NCBI GenBank assembly: GCA_031459535.1
Contig: JAVKIJ010000010.1
Span: 1-53,188, forward strand
Length of the DNA: 53,188 bases
DNA from: Candidatus Fervidifonticultor quintus
Lineage (GTDB): Bacteria > Sysuimicrobiota > Sysuimicrobiia > Sysuimicrobiales > Humicultoraceae
Direction of reading: 5' to 3'
Part shown: piece by piece, positions 19,305 through 28,385 of the stretch
How positions within the stretch are numbered: the first letter of the stretch is position 1
Layout: each line of letters opens with the position of its first letter
The notes under the pieces: model-generated
The model's input: the letters and a program-made list of their open reading frames with translations, nothing else
The model's database searches: none
What the model was told of the DNA's origin: nothing
Position numbers and translations under genes: made by a program

Positions 19305-19853
19305 ATGAGAACGCGTGGCAATCGATCGCGGCTGGAGCAGCCGCTGGCTCGACGCCTGTTGATCCCCACGATGCTCGTGGCGATCGTCCTGGGGCTGACA
19401 GGGGACGCGGCTGCGTCGCACACGGGCTTGCTCTTCGGGGCTCCCACGAGGATCAAGGTGACGATGGCTGAGTACTCCTTTACGCCTGCCACGATCACCG
19501 TCAAGGCTGGTGCACCGCTCGATCTGATTCTTGAGAACAAGGGCTCCATTGCACACACGTTCATGGTCTATCGCAAGCCCAAGACCGAACACAAGGGCAC
19601 GAGCGCGTGGTGGGAGTACGCTCTGGCCAACACCTATCTGCAGAACATCGGCGAGATCATGGTGCACGATCGCGGAGTGTTCGTTGTCTCCGGTACCAGT
19701 GTGGCCGAAGTCTCACTGGAGCCGGGCCAGAAGGTGACGGTTACGTTCACGCCCTCGAGGAAGGGCGCGTTCGAGTTCGGATGCCATCTCGCGACGGGCG
19801 GCGGGGGCAGCCACTACAAGGCCGGCATGAAGGGGACGCTGGTCGTGAAGTAG
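19305..19853 (+). CDS. Secreted cupredoxin (type-1 copper) protein
   Basis: Signal-like N-terminus; EYSFTPATITVKAG, NKGSIAHTF, FGCH...HYKAGMKGTLVV (His/Cys/His/Met ligands). Confidence 0.85.
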   Translation: MRTRGNRSRLEQPLARRLLIPTMLVAIVLGLTGDAAASHTGLLFGAPTRIKVTMAEYSFTPATITVKAGAPLDLILENKGSIAHTFMVYRKPKTEHKGTSAWWEYALANTYLQNIGEIMVHDRGVFVVSGTSVAEVSLEPGQKVTVTFTPSRKGAFEFGCHLATGGGGSHYKAGMKGTLVVK

Positions 19854-19866
19854 AAGAAGCGCGCAC

Positions 19867-21039
19867 TTACCCCTCCCGCACCCGCATCAACAGGATCAGC
19901 GCCACGGCCTGGCAGGCCGCCACGAGCAGCCAGGCCGGGCCGTAGGCGTGGGCCGCCTGGACCACAGATCCGAATATCGGATAGCTCGCCATAGTGCCCA
20001 GATACATGATCGTGAGACTGGCCCCCAGGGCCGTGGCCGCACGGGACGAGCCAGCGCGCTCGATGATGAGGTTGACGGCCAGGCCGTTCCATCCCGCCAG
20101 CAGCATCCCGCCGGCCAGGGCAACGGCCGCCGCCAGCCCGGGGGCGGCGCCCGCGGGAAACCGGGCAAGACCGATCAGCAGCAGAACGCCTGCGGCGATC
20201 ACCCAGACGAGCACGGGCCTCCGCCGCGCCCCGGCCAGACGATCCGACGCCCAGCCCCACGCCAGCCGTCCGGCGACGCCGCCGAGGTGGATCCACACCA
20301 GCACGCGGCCCGCCGCTTGCGGCGTCCACGCGTGTTGATCCACGAGGAACAGCGCGTAGTAGCCCTGCAGGCTGAACTGGGCGATGACCAGCATCGTGGC
20401 CATGAGGGTGAGCAGCGCATAGCCGCGATCCCAGGCCAGCTCGGCGAGCGGGCTGCGTCCCCCGCGCGGTTCGGACTCCCTGCGGTCGTCACGGGGCAGC
20501 AGGACACACAATGCGCCCAGCGACGCGCAGGCGAGACCGGCCGCTGCCATCGCCGTCCGCCACCCACTGACGCCGGAGAGGTATGGAATGGCGAGGGCGG
20601 CCAGCGCGCCGCCCACGGGGAGCCCGGACTGCCGGACGCCGATCGCCCCACCCCTGGCACGCGGGGGAAACCGGCGCATGACCAGGGCGCTGCCTCCGGT
20701 ATGACCGCTTGGAAAGCCCAGACCCGCCAGCGCCAACCCCACCAGCAGCACGGGGTACGACGGCGCCAGCGCCGTCAGGGCGGCAACAGTCCCCATGAGG
20801 ACGCCTCCACCGACGAGCACCCGGCGTTCGCCGATGCGGTCGGTGGCCAGACCCGCGGGCACGAATGCCGCGAAGCTGCCGAGGTCTAGGGCGGTCAGGA
20901 GCATGCCCACCTGCAGCACGGACAGGTCGAGGTCGCGCCGGATAAACGGGATGAGGACCGGGAGGCCGAACCGGACCAGCGTGAGACCGACCTGCTGAAG
21001 GGTGGTGAGTCCCAGGATGCGGAGCCCACCGGTGTTCAA
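19867..21039 (-). CDS. MFS transporter
   Basis: About 12 TM segments; GLATDRIGERR and GWASDR motifs; TTG start inferred. Confidence 0.85.
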   Translation of the reverse strand: MNTGGLRILGLTTLQQVGLTLVRFGLPVLIPFIRRDLDLSVLQVGMLLTALDLGSFAAFVPAGLATDRIGERRVLVGGGVLMGTVAALTALAPSYPVLLVGLALAGLGFPSGHTGGSALVMRRFPPRARGGAIGVRQSGLPVGGALAALAIPYLSGVSGWRTAMAAAGLACASLGALCVLLPRDDRRESEPRGGRSPLAELAWDRGYALLTLMATMLVIAQFSLQGYYALFLVDQHAWTPQAAGRVLVWIHLGGVAGRLAWGWASDRLAGARRRPVLVWVIAAGVLLLIGLARFPAGAAPGLAAAVALAGGMLLAGWNGLAVNLIIERAGSSRAATALGASLTIMYLGTMASYPIFGSVVQAAHAYGPAWLLVAACQAVALILLMRVREG

Positions 21040-21046
21040 CGCACCG

Positions 21047-22255
21047 TCACCTACCCGGGCGCCCTGACCCCATGTGAGGCGGGCGGCCGGGTGGCAGCCG
21101 CGCAGCCAGCGCCGCGGTAGCGAAGAGCACCGCCGCAGCACCCCCGAACGCCGCGCCCTCTGAGACGAACCCCAGCAGGCCATTGCCCCACACCGGTCCG
21201 ATCGCGCGCCCCAGGCCTTCGAGCGCGCTGCTGACACCCTGGATCCGGCCCTGTTCGTCGGGCGGGACCGCCTGACTGATCAGGCTGGTCAGCGACGGAA
21301 TGGCCAGCGCCACACCGACGGCTCCCAGCACCACGGCAACCGCGAACAACGCCACATGACGCGATGCGGCGGCCAGCGCCAGGCCCAGCGCCGCCAGCGT
21401 GAGGCCACCGGCCAATGTTCTCCGCTCGCCGAACCGTCGCACCACCGGCCCGACCACCGCCAGCTGCATCACCACGCCGACGCCCCCCACAAAGGCCAGC
21501 ACATATCCGGTATCTGAGACGTCGAACCCGAAGCGCCTGGCACCGAAGAGGGCAAACGTGGTTTGGTAGGCCGCGAACGTGACCCAGTAGAGGAAGTCGA
21601 TGACCAGCAAGCGGCCGAGCAACGGACGCCGCAGCATGCCAGGGAGCGCCGCCCAGGCCCGGCCCCGGGCCGCTCGGGCGCGGTGGACCGTTTCCGGTAG
21701 CCACCGCCACGCCAGGGCCGTGGCGGCCAGTGCGATGAGGGCTGCGCCCCAGGCTGGCGCGCTATAGCCCAGATGGCTGAGCGCGCCGCCCAGGCCCGGC
21801 CCGACGATGAAGCCGAGGCCGAAGGCCGCGCCGATGAGGCCATAGCCCCTGGCCCGATTCTCAACGGTAGTCACGTCGCCGATGTAGGCGCGGGCGGTCG
21901 AAATGTTGCCGCCGGAAAGGCCGTCAATGATCCGCGCGGCGAACACCGCAGGCACCGACCGGGCCAGCGCAAGCACAACGAAGCTGACCACCGTGCCGCA
22001 CAGGCTGAAGATGAGCACCGGCCGCCGGCCGTAGCGGTCAGAGAGGTCGCCGAGGATAGGCGCGGCGAGCAGCTGGGCCACCGAGAATGACGCAAAGATC
22101 AAGCCCACCTCGAACGGGGACGCTCCCAGCCCTGTGGCGAAGAACGGCAGCAGGGGAATGACGATGCCGAACCCCACCAGGTTGACAAGCACGATGAGGA
22201 AGATGACGAGCAGCGGGCGGTCGGTCACTCCCGCTGCCCCAGCGGAGCGAGTCAC
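21047..22255 (-). CDS. MFS transporter, TetA/DHA1-like
   Basis: GFGIVIPLLP, GDLSDRYGRRPVL, RIIDGLSGG, GAAFGLGFIVGPGLGG. Confidence 0.9.
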   Translation of the reverse strand: MTRSAGAAGVTDRPLLVIFLIVLVNLVGFGIVIPLLPFFATGLGASPFEVGLIFASFSVAQLLAAPILGDLSDRYGRRPVLIFSLCGTVVSFVVLALARSVPAVFAARIIDGLSGGNISTARAYIGDVTTVENRARGYGLIGAAFGLGFIVGPGLGGALSHLGYSAPAWGAALIALAATALAWRWLPETVHRARAARGRAWAALPGMLRRPLLGRLLVIDFLYWVTFAAYQTTFALFGARRFGFDVSDTGYVLAFVGGVGVVMQLAVVGPVVRRFGERRTLAGGLTLAALGLALAAASRHVALFAVAVVLGAVGVALAIPSLTSLISQAVPPDEQGRIQGVSSALEGLGRAIGPVWGNGLLGFVSEGAAFGGAAAVLFATAALAARLPPGRPPHMGSGRPGR

Positions 22256-22444
22256 CCCACTACTCTAGCCCCGGCGCCCCCCGCCCGTCCACTGCCGAAG
22301 CAGAATCAATACCGGTCCCCGTGCGCACCTGTTCGCGGACCGGGGGCGGATTAGTGTCACAGTGCCGGACAGGAGAGGAATAGTGACCGTAGTTACCGAA
22401 CGCGCCCTCTCGGAGCCCCCAAAACCACACAAGGGAGGATCGTC

Positions 22445-22579
22445 ATGAAGAGCGCGCTTCGCGTCGTCGTATTGGCGCTTGTTGCCCTGCTGTTGGTCAC
22501 CGCGTCGGTGCCCGTGACCCTCGGTCCGGGAACCGCGAGCGTCCAGGTCGCCGACACCGACGGCCCGGATGGCGGCTAG
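22445..22579 (+). CDS. Small secreted propeptide (44 aa), candidate Phr/PapR-like signalling peptide precursor
   Basis: Not in the ORF track. Strong RBS AAGGGAGG; MKSALRVVVLALVALLLVTASVPVTLGPGTASVQVADTDGPDGG = basic N-terminus, hydrophobic core, short acidic Gly/Pro tail; adjacent to an HTH-TPR gene. Confidence 0.8.
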   Translation: MKSALRVVVLALVALLLVTASVPVTLGPGTASVQVADTDGPDGG

Positions 22580-22684
22580 AAGCTCCCCGGGCCGGCTGAC
22601 GATCGAGAAACCCTAGTTGAGCGGAGCGGAGGAGGGGGATGCCGGGGCGTCCAAGCAGGTGCCGAGCCGGGGGCTCCTGTCCGG

Positions 22685-22713
22685 TTGCTTACAGCGGCGC
22701 CCCGCGGTAGTAT
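22685..22713 (+). promoter_or_regulatory. sigma70-type promoter of the HTH-TPR regulator (near-leaderless)
   Basis: TTGCTT-17 bp-TAGTAT, 10 nt before ATG 22724; no SD. Confidence 0.55.
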
Positions 22714-22723
22714 TGTCATTACT

Positions 22724-24100
22724 ATGGCTAAACCCTCCTCTGCATCCACTCGATCGCTCTCGCGTGTGCGGCAGCCGGAGTGGCTGCGCCAGTTCGCCAG
22801 GCGCCTCAAAGGGGCGCGCGTCCAGGCCGGGCTCACGCAGCAGCAGCTGGCCCAACCCGAGTTCAACAAGAGCTTCGTGAGCCTGCTGGAGACGGCGCGA
22901 TCGTATCCGTCGGTGGAGACCCTCCTGGCGCTGGCGAGGCGGACGCGCACCTCGCTCGCGTCTCTCCTCTTCGATCCGGCGGACCTGCGTCTGGAGACCG
23001 CCCTCAATCTTCTCCATCTCTGCTGGGTCATGGACCCCGCGCGGCACGGTCCCGAGATCCTCCAGTTCGTGAGCACCGCAGAGGTTCTCGTGCCCGACAT
23101 GCCTGCTGAGCTGCGGGTGCGGGCGATGCTCGCCCGCAGCCGTGCAGCCGTGGCGGCCGGACGACTGGACGAGGCAGAGAGCTTGGCCTCAGACGCCGTC
23201 GAGCTGGCCCGCCGCCACCAGCTTGAGGGCGCGCTCGGTCGCGCGCTCGCGATCAAGGGGACCGTCGAGGGGCGCCGGGGACTCTACCCCGCTGCCATCG
23301 CCACACTCGAGCGGGCCCTGGACTGCCTCCATCGGACGAGGTCCCTCGAGTCCGAAGACGGAGTGCGGGCGCTGCTCTCTCTGGCCTGGGCCCGCTGGCG
23401 CACCGGCCAGATCGGCGACGCCCAGGCCGCGTATCAGCGGGCCCTCGAGGTAGCCACCGCGGTCGGGCTGCCCAAGTTGCGCGGCCGCGCGCTCGTGGGG
23501 CTGGGCATCGTGGCGTGGAGGCGGGAACAGTTCGATCTGGCGGTAGAATACTTCAGCCAGGCGTACGCTGTCTTCCAAGAGATCGAAGACCTGGCGGAAA
23601 TGGGACGGGTCCTCAACAACCTGGGGCAGGTTCGCCGCACGCAGGGGCTCCACGACGAAGCCCTCGCCGTGCTCACCACCGCCCTGCGCATCCGGGAGCG
23701 CGAGGGCGATCCTCGAGGCCGCAGCGCCACGCTCGACGAGTTGGCCCAGGTTCTCCTCGCGCTGGGCCGGGTCGATGAAGCGGCCCAGGCAGCCCGTCGC
23801 GCCGTTGACGACGCACGAACCGTGGGAGACCAGGCCCGGGAAGCGATCGTTCAGATCACCCTGGCCCGCATTCTGCGCGCACAAGACCGACGGCCAGACG
23901 CCGTCGAGCTGCTGCGCGGCGCGGCGGAGACGCTTGGCCGTCTGGGGATGACCGCAGAGGCAGCGGCAGCGGCAGCGGAGCTAGGGTTGATGCTCAACGA
24001 AGCCGGCCAACGGGAGGAGGCCGCGGACTACCTGGCCAGGGCCCTGACCTGGCGCACAGGCCACATACCCGCACCATCGCCAGACCACATCGACGGGTAG
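22724..24100 (+). CDS. XRE HTH + TPR regulator (RRNPP-like peptide receptor)
   Basis: N-terminal LKGARVQAGLTQQQLA...KSFVSLLE...PSVETLLALA HTH followed by tandem TPR repeats (e.g. VLNNLGQV); 458 aa. Confidence 0.85.
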   Translation: MAKPSSASTRSLSRVRQPEWLRQFARRLKGARVQAGLTQQQLAQPEFNKSFVSLLETARSYPSVETLLALARRTRTSLASLLFDPADLRLETALNLLHLCWVMDPARHGPEILQFVSTAEVLVPDMPAELRVRAMLARSRAAVAAGRLDEAESLASDAVELARRHQLEGALGRALAIKGTVEGRRGLYPAAIATLERALDCLHRTRSLESEDGVRALLSLAWARWRTGQIGDAQAAYQRALEVATAVGLPKLRGRALVGLGIVAWRREQFDLAVEYFSQAYAVFQEIEDLAEMGRVLNNLGQVRRTQGLHDEALAVLTTALRIREREGDPRGRSATLDELAQVLLALGRVDEAAQAARRAVDDARTVGDQAREAIVQITLARILRAQDRRPDAVELLRGAAETLGRLGMTAEAAAAAAELGLMLNEAGQREEAADYLARALTWRTGHIPAPSPDHIDG

Positions 24101-24211
24101 CCTGCGCCCGGTCGCGGCACGGCGCCGGCGGCCCCCGCCCCAAGAGGAAGCCACTCCAAGAGCGCAGAATTCCGCACCCAATATTGTGCCGATAGGACAC
24201 GGAGGAGTCTC

Positions 24212-25780
24212 ATGATGCCGCGTCATCGGGGATCGTTGCTCGCCACCGCGCTGCTGGTTGCCGCGCTCGCTGCCTGCTCGCTTCCCGCCGGACCGTCAGC
24301 TGCTGCGCCGGCGCCGCGGTCTGGAGGCGTCTTGCGCTACGGGCTCGACACCGATCCTCCCAACATCGACCCGCACGTGGCGACCGGTGCCGCCAGCCGT
24401 AGCGTCATCTTCCAGCTCTACAACTCCCTGCTGCGCTACGGACCGGGCGCCTCGTTGTTGCCGGACCTGGCCGAGCGCTGGGAGGTGCCGAACCCGAAGA
24501 CGTACGTCTTTCATCTGCGCAGGGGCGTGCGGTTCCACAATGGCGCGCCGCTTGTGGCCGCCGATGTCAAGGCATCGTTTGAGCGGATAGCCAACCCGAA
24601 GACCAACGCCCTGATCCGCGACTCGCTGACACCCAACATCGCTGGCATCGAGATCGTCGGGAGCCACACGGTCAGGATCACCCTGACCGAGCCGCAGGCC
24701 ACGTTCCTGGCCCTGGTGGCCCGACCTGAGGCGGCCATCGTGCCGAAGGCGCTGGCCGAAGCCAACCACGACTTCAAGTCCAACCCGGTCGGTACCGGGC
24801 CTTTCATGTACGCCGAGCGGGAGCCGGGCGCGCGCATCCGGGTGGTGAAGAATCCCAACTACTTCGAGAGGGGCATCCCCTATCTGGACGGCATCACGTT
24901 CATCCCGCTGCGCGATGACGCGACCCGCGTCAATGCCCTGCGGTCCGGGGCCGTGGACATGATTGGCTACGTGCCGTGGAAGGACATGGCCCTGATCGAG
25001 CGGGACCCCCGGTTACAGCTGTGGGGCACCCCGGGGCCGTTCATGGTCCTGATGTACAACGTGAGCCGGAAGCCGTTCGACGATCGGCGCATCCGGCAGG
25101 CCATCGGGTACGCCATCAACCGGCAGGCCATCGTGGATGTGGTGTTCTTCGGCCGCGGCGCGCCCATCACCGGCGGGTTGATTCCGGCTGGCACGTGGGC
25201 GCACAACGCCGACCTGGAGGGCACGTACAAGTACGATCCCGAGCGCGCCAAGAAACTGCTGGCCGAGGCCGGCTACGATCCCTCGACGCCGGTGCGCCTG
25301 ATGCAGTCCGCGACCCACGCCATGCACTATCAGACCGGCGAGGTGGTGCAGGCCGAGCTGCGCAAGATCGGGATGAACGTGGTGCTGGACAGCGTCGAGT
25401 GGCCGGTGGCTGTGGAGCGCGGATTCAAGGGCGACTACGACTTCCGTGTGCACGGCCTGGCGGGCAACGTCATCGATCCCGACTTCTACTCCCAGTACTT
25501 CGCCAACCAGTCCGCGTTCTACGCCAAGCCCGTTGGCTTCCGCAATGACACGCTGGACCGTCTGCTCAAAGAAGGCCGCGCGTCCATCGACCAGGCGCAG
25601 CGGAAGCGCATCTACCACCAGTTCGAGGAGCGGCTGCTCACCATCGCGCCGTGGACGTTCCTTACCTGGCGCGTACAGGGCGACGCGGCCGTGAAGGCGG
25701 TCCAGGGGTACCAGCAGCTCCCTGGGTGGATGGCGTTCGACTCTCTGGTCTTCCTGCGGTACGTCTGGCTGGAACGCTAG
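24212..25780 (+). CDS. ABC transporter substrate-binding protein, family 5 (peptide/nickel)
   Basis: Signal peptide; PDLAERWE...YVFHLRRGVRFHNG, PVGTGPF, PFDDRRIRQAIGYAINR. Confidence 0.92.
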   Translation: MMPRHRGSLLATALLVAALAACSLPAGPSAAAPAPRSGGVLRYGLDTDPPNIDPHVATGAASRSVIFQLYNSLLRYGPGASLLPDLAERWEVPNPKTYVFHLRRGVRFHNGAPLVAADVKASFERIANPKTNALIRDSLTPNIAGIEIVGSHTVRITLTEPQATFLALVARPEAAIVPKALAEANHDFKSNPVGTGPFMYAEREPGARIRVVKNPNYFERGIPYLDGITFIPLRDDATRVNALRSGAVDMIGYVPWKDMALIERDPRLQLWGTPGPFMVLMYNVSRKPFDDRRIRQAIGYAINRQAIVDVVFFGRGAPITGGLIPAGTWAHNADLEGTYKYDPERAKKLLAEAGYDPSTPVRLMQSATHAMHYQTGEVVQAELRKIGMNVVLDSVEWPVAVERGFKGDYDFRVHGLAGNVIDPDFYSQYFANQSAFYAKPVGFRNDTLDRLLKEGRASIDQAQRKRIYHQFEERLLTIAPWTFLTWRVQGDAAVKAVQGYQQLPGWMAFDSLVFLRYVWLER

Positions 25781-25801
25781 CAGTGCACCGTTAGCACCGT
25801 A

Positions 25802-26749
25802 TTGAGAACGTTTCTCGCCAGGCGCCTGCTCTCTTCCTTGGCGCTGCTGTACGTGGTCGCCACGATCATCTTTTTCTTGATCCACCTAGTGCCGGGAGAC
25901 CCGGCGCTGACCATCGTCGGCGAGGAGCATGCCACGCCCGAGAAGCTGGCCGTGGTGCGGGCGGCGCTGGGTCTCGACCGGCCCCTCTATGTCCAATACG
26001 CCACATGGCTGGCGCGCGTGGTCCGCGGGGACCTGGGTCGGTCCCTGGTGACTGCTCGGCCGGTCCACCAGGACCTGGGCCTGCGGCTGCCGCGCACGTT
26101 CGAACTGATTGCTGCTGCTGTGGCTCTGGCGGTCCTGATCGGCGTCCCCCTCGGCGTGGTGGCGGCGCGGTACCACAACTCGTCTCTCGACATGGGCGCG
26201 TCGGTGCTGGCGCTGGTGGGCGTCTCGGCGCCTGTCTTCGTCACGGGCACCCTGCTGGTGCTCGCGCTCAGCGTCCACTGGCGCCTGCTCCCGTCCTCTG
26301 GCTGGATGTCGTTTGCCGCCGACCCCGCCGGGCACGTGGCCCGCCTGCTGATGCCAGCCGTGGTGCTCTCGTTCGGCATGAGTGCGGTCATCATGCGCAT
26401 GACGCGCTCATCTCTGCTGGAGGTCATCCTCCAGGACTTCATCCGGACGGCGCGGGCCAAGGGGCTGGCCGAGCGGCGCGTGCTGTTCCGCCACGCGCTG
26501 AAGAACTCCCTGATCCCGGTCGTCACCGTCATCGGCGTGCAGATGGGCAACCTCCTGGGCGGCAGCGTCATCGTCGAAGAGGTGTTCGCCTGGCCGGGCG
26601 TGAGCACATACCTGATCACGGGGGTGAGCCAGCGGGACTACCCTGTGGTGCAGGGGGTGGTGCTCGTGATCTGTCTCGCGTTCGTGCTGATCAACCTGGG
26701 GGTGGACCTGCTGTACGGTTTCCTGGACCCCCGGATCAAGTACCAGTGA
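25802..26749 (+). CDS. Peptide ABC transporter permease (DppB/OppB-like)
   Basis: LVPGDPA, GLDRPLYVQY, DFIRTARAKGL, RDYPVVQG, DPRI. Confidence 0.92.
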   Translation: MRTFLARRLLSSLALLYVVATIIFFLIHLVPGDPALTIVGEEHATPEKLAVVRAALGLDRPLYVQYATWLARVVRGDLGRSLVTARPVHQDLGLRLPRTFELIAAAVALAVLIGVPLGVVAARYHNSSLDMGASVLALVGVSAPVFVTGTLLVLALSVHWRLLPSSGWMSFAADPAGHVARLLMPAVVLSFGMSAVIMRMTRSSLLEVILQDFIRTARAKGLAERRVLFRHALKNSLIPVVTVIGVQMGNLLGGSVIVEEVFAWPGVSTYLITGVSQRDYPVVQGVVLVICLAFVLINLGVDLLYGFLDPRIKYQ

Positions 26750-26758
26750 GGCAGCGGC

Positions 26759-27601
26759 ATGGGTCGAGCCTGGCGAAACCCCCGCATCACCCTCAGCGCC
26801 GGCTTCATTCTGCTGGTGGCAGCCGCGGGCGCGCTGGCCGGGGTGGTGGCGCCCCATCCGCCCCTGGAGATGCATCCGTCAGACCGGCTCCAGGCTCCGT
26901 CGAGCCGCTACCCGTTCGGCACCGATGAGTTCGGCCGGGACGTCCTTTCACGCCTCCTCCACGGCACGCGGATCTCCCTGCTCGTGGCCTTCGTGGCCGT
27001 GTCGCTGGCCGCCGTCAATGGCACGGTGATCGGCGTCCTGGCAGCGTACTACCGCGGGTGGGTCGAGATGGTCCTCATGCGCACCGTCGAGGTGATCCTC
27101 AGTTTCCCGCCCGTGTTGCTGGCCATCGCCGTGATCGCGTTCCTGGGCGCGTCCACCCGCAATGTGACTCTGACCATTGCCGTGCTCTACACGCCACTCT
27201 TCGCCCGCATCGCGTACGGGAGCAGCCTGCGCGTCCGCGAGATGGAGTTCGTGGAGGCGGCACGGGCCATGGGCGCAGGAGACCCCCGCATCATCGGGCG
27301 GACTCTCCTACCGAACATCCTGGCGCCGCTGATGGTGCAGTTCTCGCTCAGCCTGGGATTCGCCATCCTCCTTGAGTCAGGGCTCAGCTTCCTGGGCATG
27401 GGCCCCCCGCCGCCAGCGCCGTCGTGGGGGCGGATGGTGTCGTCAGGGCGGCACTTCATGGAGATCTCGCCGTCACTGGTCGTCTTCCCATCCCTGGTCA
27501 TCCTCGGGACCGTGCTCTCGTTCAACCTACTGGGCGACGGGCTGCGCGACCACCTGGATCCCCGGCTGAGAGTCGGTGGCGGCCGAAGGGAGAGCGTGTA
27601 G
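26759..27601 (+). CDS. Peptide ABC transporter permease (DppC/OppC-like)
   Basis: PFGTDEFGRDVLSR, EFVEAARAMGA, LSFLG, FNLLGDGLRDHLDPR. Confidence 0.92.
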   Translation: MGRAWRNPRITLSAGFILLVAAAGALAGVVAPHPPLEMHPSDRLQAPSSRYPFGTDEFGRDVLSRLLHGTRISLLVAFVAVSLAAVNGTVIGVLAAYYRGWVEMVLMRTVEVILSFPPVLLAIAVIAFLGASTRNVTLTIAVLYTPLFARIAYGSSLRVREMEFVEAARAMGAGDPRIIGRTLLPNILAPLMVQFSLSLGFAILLESGLSFLGMGPPPPAPSWGRMVSSGRHFMEISPSLVVFPSLVILGTVLSFNLLGDGLRDHLDPRLRVGGGRRESV

Positions 27602-27603
27602 AG

Positions 27604-28341
27604 ATGCCCGCATACGTGATTGCCGAGATGTCGTGGACCGACGTGGCGGCCGCTGCCCGCATCACGGACCTCTGCCTGCTGCCCGTGGGCGCGGTCGAAG
27701 CCTACGGCCCCCACCTCCCGCAGGGGTCTGACGGGCTGGTGGCCGAGCGTCTGGCGCGGGAGGCCGCGGACGTGGTCTCGTGCCTGGTCGCGCCGCTGGT
27801 GCCCGTGGGGTTCTCCCACAGCCTGCAGGAGTTCCCGGGCACGCTCAGTGTGCCCACGGCCGCGCTCCGCGCCTACCTGGCCGGCATCGCCGAATCCCTG
27901 CTCGCGCTGGGCGTGCGCCGTCTGGTCTTCGTGAACGGTCACGCCGGCAATGTGGCGGTCATTGCCGACCTGGTCGAAGACCTCAAGCGCGGCCACCCGG
28001 GCTGCCGGTTCGCGCAGGTCGACCTCTGGCGGTTTCTCATCCCGCATGCGGCGACGCTGATGGAGAGCGTGCTGCCGCAGGGTCACGCGGCGGAGACCAA
28101 CACCAGCGTGCTGCTGGCGCTGGCGCCGCACCTGGTCCGCATGGAACGCGCGGTGAGCAACCCGCCGGAAGCGGACCGGTTCCCCGAGATCCTCCACTAT
28201 CGCAGCTACCGGGATCGCGCGCCAGACGCCGTGCTCGGCGACGCCACCCGGGGCACGGCCGAGAAGGGACGGGAAGTGATGCGCCGGGGGGTGGCGCGGC
28301 TGGTGGAGTTCCTCCGCAGCCCGGACTTCGGCGGGCGGTAG
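27604..28341 (+). CDS. Creatininase/MftE-family amidohydrolase
   Basis: LPVGAVEAYGPHLPQGSD, FPGT, VNGHAGN, GHAAETNTS. Confidence 0.87.
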   Translation: MPAYVIAEMSWTDVAAAARITDLCLLPVGAVEAYGPHLPQGSDGLVAERLAREAADVVSCLVAPLVPVGFSHSLQEFPGTLSVPTAALRAYLAGIAESLLALGVRRLVFVNGHAGNVAVIADLVEDLKRGHPGCRFAQVDLWRFLIPHAATLMESVLPQGHAAETNTSVLLALAPHLVRMERAVSNPPEADRFPEILHYRSYRDRAPDAVLGDATRGTAEKGREVMRRGVARLVEFLRSPDFGGR

Positions 28342-28385
28342 CCCACACAGTCTCCGCACGCGCCGGCTACCGAAGTCTCCTTCGC

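Noticed and set aside
21047-22255. Tetracycline resistance gene
   Set aside because: Generic DHA1-type MFS with no tetR or mobile context; substrate cannot be assigned.
22581-22675. Imperfect long-range inverted repeat between the peptide and regulator genes as an ncRNA
   Set aside because: GC-rich imperfect pairing with no U-tract or known motif; cannot be distinguished from chance by eye.
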